From the NCBI GenBank assembly GCA_051047955.1, contig JBPGPT010000033.1:124001-167939 (forward strand): DNA of 43,939 nt, written 5' to 3'. How positions within the stretch are numbered: position 1 is the stretch's first letter; each line of letters begins with the position of its first letter. The position numbers were made by a program, and so were the translations under genes. Below are positions 37,072 through 43,939 of this stretch, piece after piece. The notes beneath the pieces are model-generated. The model saw nothing but the letters and a program-made list of their open reading frames with translations. It did not search any database and was not told the origin of the DNA. The DNA is from Cystobasidiomycetes sp. EMM_F5. Lineage: Eukaryota.

Positions 37072-38931
37072 TCAAATGTATGGTGGACCGAGCTGCTTTC
37101 GGAAGGCCGACAAGGTGAACTCTACGACCAGCAAGAGCAAGCCTCCACCAGGAGCTAGCCGCAGAACCTTGGGCAGGAAACCTTTGTACAGCGCACCAAA
37201 GCCCTCTTCACGAGCCACGACGAACAGAGATGGTATGGCCCACTGAAAAATTAGGCACCACGTCATTGACTGCACAGCAGAAGATGCCACGTGCAGCTTA
37301 CGTTGTATTTGGGCAGTTGACCTTTGACCTAAGGCGTTACAGCGGAAGGTGATTGACGGTCATTTCAGTAGTCGTGCTGAGCTGGTCAGATTGCTCACTT
37401 TTGGCGAATTCTGAACCCGTGACTTGATGACGTCGACTGTATGGTGAGGTCAGCTCTGCTCGATGGCATGTTCGTCACAGGCTACGTGCAGGGTGTGTTG
37501 AGAAGTGTGCCGACGAAGCCTCCGATAGTGCCTCTGTCAAAGTACCGTCACCCTCAGTGCACGGGACGCTTATGCATGCACTGACGATATCAGATTGTTC
37601 ACCAGCTCCGCAGATTTAGTCTGTTGCCGGATCGCTTCCAGTCAGAACAGTCTCGTTTCTGGACACCACCAAGCTCACCTGCGCTTTCGGCAGCAATGAT
37701 CTCACTTGAAATATGCATCCGAAATAACCGCCATTCCATACAACATGACTGCCGTCGAGGGAACGGACGCACGTGTGAGTTTATGCCGCGTCATGTAAAG
37801 CTTCGATGCATCTACGTACCGCCAAAAGGTTGGTTCTAGGCCATTGTAAAAACCAAGTACACCCTCGTTCTTCAGGATTTGCGATACGCAGTCCATTGGT
37901 CCCTTGTAGCGTCCAGCGCTGTTGCGATCTTGGAGGCGGATCTTTACCAATTCAAATGGTACGACAACGACGCTCTCGGTAGCGCCAGCAGAGCAGCCTG
38001 TGAGGATAGACAGTGCCTGCGTAGGCTTCTGTGCATCAAACGCCTGTCGGTAGGTCTGACCCCACCAGTCATTCGCGCTGGCAGAGGAGGCAGCTTCAGT
38101 CTCTGTGTGCAAAAGGTACCGCTCGCACGGCGGCCACCTCAGAACAGATATCGCAACTCACGCAAACTTGACCGCCCGCTTGGGCGCTTCCAACATCAAA
38201 GGAGGTATCAGTCCCCTGTACAAACGGGAAAATCTGGTATATCATGGTGAATGTCAGAATTGTCAAGCGGGCTAGCTGGAACCACGTGTGCTTGCCCCTC
38301 CTCTGCAATGATCTTTCTAAAGCAATCAACCATGCCTGTATATTGCGTTCCCGTTGCCGAAGGTAAGCCAGACTGTAATTGAATACGTGTTTTGACCTGA
38401 GATGGGCAGAGGGGTCAGCTGTCTCACGACTTTATTGAAAGTAGGTGTAGCCGACCACATCTGTGAAATCGTCACAACACCGTCAATAACATTCCCGCGA
38501 CTGCGACACAGAGATTAGGCAAGACTCTCACCGAGAGGGTATAGACATAGAAGCTCTGTCACTCCACTGGAGCACATAAACCGCGCATATTCCAGGTATT
38601 GTGCAATGAGTTAGCACGCGTTCTATTACACAGTCTCCGTTTCACCCGGCTAGACCAGATGCCCATCGACTGCTGCCAAACTCACGCAATCGCTCCGGCG
38701 GTGAATTGGTCTGCGGTAGCGGTGGCAGCGTCAGCGTCAGCGTCAGCCAACCCGTTTCGAGATAGCGTGTGTCCCAAACTTGCATATGAAAGGTAGTGCT
38801 GGGCGGCATTGGATTCGAAATATTGAGCAAAAGGCGGAAGAGGCAGAAGTATGGTCAGCTCATGCAGCCATGAAGTGTGGACAGGTTGAATGTGTCCCAC
38901 GCTTCAATGTTCGCTGTCCAGCGTCTGCCAT
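37072..38931 (-). CDS. Mitochondrial 2-oxodicarboxylate carrier (ODC family)
   Basis: MADAGQRTLK|PLPFI|YQFTAGAIA|GVTELLCLYPL|D, LLMLEAPKRAVKF, VVVPFELVKIRLQ, NTP|FDVIKSRVQ, LYKGFLPKVLRLAPGGG. Confidence 0.9.
38725..38748 (-). repeat. (GCTGAC)3 hexamer repeat giving a triplicated branch-point motif in an ODC intron
   Basis: Minus strand reads GCTGACGCTGACGCTGACGCTG just upstream of the CAG acceptor at 38711. Confidence 0.6.
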
Positions 38932-39108
38932 GATGGTGCTTGTATGAGCAGCGGCAAAGTACAGACATCGCATGGCAGGCCTTCAACTCCACATGATGTT
39001 AGCACAGAGTGATCATGCTGTACTCGCATCATGCCTGGCATGCAAGCAAACAGACAACATGAATGGCGTCCTTGACGCGCGCAGCAATTCGCTACATTTC
39101 GTTCAGTT

Positions 39109-40730
39109 TCAAACATACATACTGCTGCTGCGAGTCAATTTCTGCAAGGACAAGGAAATATTGTCCGCGTTCGTGGGTTTGTATGCTGCGCGTTCAGTCA
39201 GTGCATCAAGCGTCCTGCCTCACTGGCAACGCCAGCCGCAGGCTACCCAGCTTGCCAAGAAGCACCCCGACAGCCGCTGGTAGCAGGTCCACCGCATCAT
39301 ACTGGCCAACGGACTCTATGTCAACTGATAGGAGGAAATTATCAGGTATGCTTCGAAGGTATGGGAATGCTGGCTGCCCTCACAAATAAAGTGATTCCTT
39401 TTTCTGCCCAAAATAACTGACTCCTCGAATTCCGCGTATCGCAACACCTCGCGGCTGACCGTGTCACGTCGACAGCTGCTTACGGATGCACGGTAGGAGC
39501 CATCGGCGTCCTTCTGCAGCTCGATCACACCTGGGGCGAAGCACTCCGCAAATTGATGACACAGAGCGGACGGGATTGGCTTGATGATATCAATGGTTGG
39601 CATCAATCGATATGATGCAGTAGCTATGTTGTTTTGACGTGAGAATGAGAAATGCGCGAGATGATTTAGGAGGCTGCTCACCGACGGGTGACCATTTGGC
39701 ATGCTCTTTGCCGATGCCCTTCTGGCAATGCATCTCCATGACGATCTCCTTCATCCGCGATCGTTAGCCGCTACCGCCAATCTGCTCAATGAAATGACTA
39801 CATACTTGACCCGGGCGAAGTTTTGCAATTAATATATCATCTGCGACAGGTCGAGGCGCCCTTCCGGCAAAGTAATCGCTCTGAATGCCTTTAGCCTGCC
39901 AGACGAACGCCGACGAGTACACTGCGTCAGCGGAACAGATTGAGTCAGTCATACACCTCGCTTATGAAGGAGGGATGGTCGACACACCATGCTCGTTCGT
40001 GTAGCGCTGATCAGTGAGACTTGAACTAGCAGATGGCAGGTTGCCTTGGTCATCGCAGCTTACGACCAGGCTGAACACAACTGTATTTAGATCGGTTGGT
40101 TCTTCAGCGGCTGTAATGGAGGCCGTAAGCTAGCAATATTCACACGAAGCTCAGTCAGCTTCGGCTCACCGAGCTTGTATTCGATTTTAGCGGGATCTAT
40201 TCGCAATGGTACCAGCCCGAGCCTTTGCGATAGTACCTCGTCCTGTATGAGGGATGTGTTATTCCAGATGTAGACGTCTTCAACGGCGACGGTGGGAACC
40301 TGCAAAACAGGGTCAAATATAACCCACGAAGCGGGAGCAACAGCACACACCTCGGCGATGAGGACTCTCCGGATAGCGTTTGCTATTGAAGCGTCTACGC
40401 CAACAAGATCTAGCTCGACCCGCTGAGCCGAAACATGCCCAACCTTGACCCGTATACTCTACAGACCAGTTGCGTCAGGCATGAAGCCGGCTTGCAGGAG
40501 TAGAGCGTGCATACCTACCCTGCGAGCGCTCTCCTCGTTCCACGACAAGTCCTCGCCCGGATACACGCCAGGGAAGTCGCGAGCCGAGACCTGTGCCATG
40601 CAGTACCGTTATCGTCAGCAGATTTGGCTGCCTCCGATGCCCACGGGTGCAATCCTACATTTGCGACGGTCTCCTTTCCAAGTCTTACGTGCGTTCGCGG
40701 ATCATAAGCAGTATCTCCCAGACTGTCCAT
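39109..40730 (-). CDS. RPC40: RNA polymerase I/III shared subunit AC40 (RPAC1)
   Basis: DFPGVYPGED, DLVGVDASIANAIRRVLIAE|VPTVAVE, NNTSLIQDEVLSQRLGLVPL, ILIAKLRPGQ, ASYRLMP, RRDTVSREVLR, HFI|FDIESVG. The start could extend to 40766. Confidence 0.93.
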
Positions 40731-40850
40731 GACATCGGCATATTGTCTCATTGCGAAAGCCTTCATGGCACAAATTTCTCAATCTGACCGAGAGCGATCG
40801 GAGCCAACAGCTACAAGTAACGCTACGCAAATCATGTCGTATGCGATGAT

Positions 40851-41451
40851 TCACCGTTTCGCCAGCGGCTTTTTCTTTTTGCCCTTCTTGACATTGCTGC
40901 CTCCGCCGTCCTGCTGTATGCCGCTGCTAAGCAACGGTTCTGCCCCACTACTAGTATTTACCAGAGCTTGGGCGGGCGAACGGGAAAAGGCCGTTACCGA
41001 TGGTTTACGGGCTTGCATAGTGGACATGATTTGCGATGTAAGAATTTCAAAGCGATTGAGCACGACGCTCGACCGAGTCTTGTACATGAGGGACTATGTG
41101 CGCACACTAGCTAATCAGTGATATATTTTCAGCGTCAATCAAAGGATCACAACTCGCACCTTCTTATCGTTAGTCACCTTCAAAACCAATGAGCCTTTCG
41201 AGTAATTCCAGCGAACAGTAGCGCGTGTCTGCGAACCGCATTTGCCAATCAGTTCGATACTCTAGGCAGCAAGGCTACTATGCGAGACAGCGAAGGTCTT
41301 GCTACTGCCAGACCTCCAGACAGGTGCATCGTCGCTAGATTACAGGGGGACGTATGCCTGTGAGCGGCTGCTGCTCTACCTTTTCTGAGTCCGCATCGAC
41401 CATTCCGCGGGCACCCTCCGCGAACGTCGACCACGAGCGCATGTAAACCAT
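40851..41451 (-). CDS. Signal recognition particle Alu-domain subunit SRP9/Srp21
   Basis: MVYMRSWSTFAEGA...|TRATVRW...LVLKVTND..|..YKTRSSVVLNRFE, followed by a Lys-rich tail. Confidence 0.8.
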
Positions 41452-41566
41452 ATTGCAGCAGTCGTAAGAGCGTACGAGTGCGTGCAATGTGCGCCTGTGA
41501 TGCTCCGACCCTTGCCTGTCGGTCAGAAACAAGTCTACGTAATGTCGGCTTTCTCTTCGCGCAATC

Positions 41567-43669
41567 ATGTCTCGACAGACTGTTGCAGCCATTCAAGTGC
41601 TGCAAAGCGTCTTTCGAGTACTGAATCATGCTGCAGAAATGCACATCAAGAGAGGGCTCCCATCTGTGCCTCTTGCTGGCAGTATGCGTGACGTCGGTCC
41701 TAGAGATGTTCCTGTTCCGAAGGAAAGTGGACTATTCGAAGACGCGCACAGCGTCCCTGCTGGTGCCCTTGGTGACGAAAGAAGGGCAAATTGCCAATCT
41801 CCGGAAACTTTCCTGCAATCACAATCCTCCCAAGCCATAACCTCGCCCTCTTCGTTTCCAGCGAAAGATGTATCGGACGCGAGCTCATCGGTACCGTTTC
41901 ATGACAATGCGGTATCAGCGGTTACTTCGATGCGCGTATGTCCTCCATAACTGCCATGCTCTTTCCTAGCCTGACCAGTCTGTGCAGGTCTCAACAGTAC
42001 CAAGCTCTCGCGTAGCACGTTTCCTGCAGTATGGCCGTACGTGATTCGATCTAGCTTTCTTGACAGGCAAATAGTGACTTTATCTGGATCGGAACAAGAA
42101 TTAGCTGCCGGCGTCAGCTTGGGCAGCGTGGGCGGACTGCTAAACCGTCTATCCGGGTCCACCACATCAAAGCCTTCCGTGGTACTCACAGACGCAAATA
42201 TACGTCGAATAGTGAAATCTCTTTCGCGTATGCGGGGAGCTGCTCTCAAGCTCGGCCAATTTCTAAGCATTCAAGGTAGTAAAACTCGTGCATATCCGCT
42301 GGTACACACCTGAATATGCGTGATGGGTAGAATCTAAACTGTTGCCGCCGGAATTGGAGGCCATCCTGTCGCGTGTACAGAACGCTGCCGATTTTATGCC
42401 GTCCTGGCAAACCGAGGTGCGCGAGCCAGCCAGATTTAGGCATACGTATTGCGATCAATGCTGATGATGACGATGACTAGGCCGTGCTGGAGTCTGAGCT
42501 GGGCTATGATTGGCGAAGCAAGTTCGAGACTTTCGACCTGACTCCAATAGCTTCTGCCTCTATCGGCCAAGTACATTCAGCGACCCTGAGCACTGGCCAA
42601 CGAGTGGCAGTCAAGATACAGTTTCCAGGTATAGCACAAGCCATCAATTCGGATCTCTCCAATATTGCAATGCTCCTGTCCTTTTCTTCTCTACTTCCAA
42701 AAGGACTTTATCTCGAAAATAGCTTGGAAGCTATGAGAAGCGAGTTGATTGACGAATGCGACTACGTTCAAGAAGCTGCTTCAGCCAAGATCTTTCGAAA
42801 CCTCTTGCAAGATGATTCAGATTTCTCTGTTCCGACTATCGTTGCTGACCTCAGTACGGCACGCATCCTCACCGCCGAATACATGCATGGCGTCCCTATA
42901 AATAAGGTGACAGGCTTGTCGGCACCGCAACGCAATCACGTAAGTTCGGAGCGTCTTTGTTTTGTCCTGCTCTGAGAAGTTCATGTCTTTGTCGATCAGA
43001 TTGGATCCGCCATACTTAGCTTGTGTTTGCGAGAGCTTTTCGCATTTCAACTCATGCAGACAGATCCCAACTGGAGCAACTTTCTGTGGAACAGTAGCAA
43101 CGAAAAAGTTGGTCGAACGTTCCATTACTGTTGAAACCCTGCGTCGACGATCTCTGACGAAATTGCATAGATCGAACTCTTAGACTTCGGGGCTACGCGA
43201 TCCTATGAGGGTGACTTTGCCGATAGTTACCTGTCCTTACTCGAGGCTGCAGTCGAGAAAGACACGGCTGTATGTATACGCTTGTCCCGGAGAATGGGGT
43301 ATTTGAGAGATACCGATGGAGAGGTCAGTGGGAAACATTTGTATATGAGGCTAGACCATACACTGATTTGCAATATACTAGACAATGATCAATGCACATG
43401 TGGACAGTATGATTGCACTGGCAGAGCCGTTTCGACACGACAGCTTCGATTTTGGAAAGCAAGACATCATCTCTGCTGTGCAGGCTAAAATACCTGTCAT
43501 GCTACATAATCGTACGGGCCCGCCCCCAAAGGCGACCTACAGCTTGAACAGGAAATTGAGCGGCTGTTTCCTGCTCTGTGCAAGATTGGGCAGCGTCGTG
43601 AATTGTCAAACGATTTTGCGAAATGCGACTATTGGCCGCAGGCACGCAACGCACGCCAAACCGGGCTAG
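41567..43669 (+). CDS. COQ8: ABC1/UbiB atypical kinase Coq8
   Basis: LSRMRGAALKLGQFLSIQ, PIASASIGQVH, VAVKIQFPG, ELIDECDY..EA, MQTDPNWSNF, LLDFGATR, YSLNRKLSGCFLLC. Confidence 0.93.
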
Positions 43670-43939
43670 GCGTCTTCGAATCTCAAGCACAGGAGCACAG
43701 GTATACATAGACAAACAAAGACGTCGGTTTTATTACCCTCCTATGGGGCAACGTCGAAATGATACAACTGCAGCGACCTTCAATGGCTGTCGGAAAATTG
43801 CTGGTAGTTAGTACACACGGACGATCACCTGTCTTCAGCTAGCTGATAAGCCTCTTTCTTGTTATCACACGCGTCGGATATGTATATGATCCGACCGACA
43901 CCCCTCATAATTGCGCCTTGGATCTACTGCGTTGTGAGA

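Noticed and set aside
1..43939. tRNA, rRNA or CRISPR arrays, and the many short overlapping ORFs in the track
   Set aside because: No such RNA genes or repeat-spacer structure were seen. Most short ORFs are exon fragments or antisense frames of the spliced genes listed.

Overview
Gene-dense, intron-rich eukaryotic DNA from a compact fungal genome. The short GT-AG introns with CTRAC branch points and the protein sequences point to a basidiomycete yeast, probably Pucciniomycotina (inference). About 20 housekeeping genes can be reconstructed across introns: TFB4 (partial), NAD-malate dehydrogenase, peroxisomal Lon, LSM7, acyl-CoA-binding protein, a tandem-PH protein, a YbjQ/UPF0145-like protein, SCP2, ceramide synthase, AP-1 sigma, RRG7-like, CDC23, ASF1, LAA1/HEATR5, MRD1, MRPL6, an ODC carrier, RPC40, SRP9/21 and COQ8/ABC1. 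Main points of interest: (1) an orphan, divergently arranged two-gene cassette tandemly duplicated at ~19.6-24.3 kb, with a decaying second copy and a probable third remnant; (2) LSM7, MRPL6, RPC40, ABC1 and an RRM gene, a set resembling the neighbourhood of Microbotryomycete pheromone/receptor mating-type loci, although no STE3 or pheromone gene was found here; (3) a cryptic in-frame C-terminal extension of MDH ending in a PTS1-like tripeptide, near two genes with canonical PTS1 signals; (4) splicing oddities: five stop-free 3n introns in AP-1 sigma, at least four GC-AG introns, an intron-split ATG and micro-exons. Exon boundaries were inferred by eye and some start codons are uncertain.
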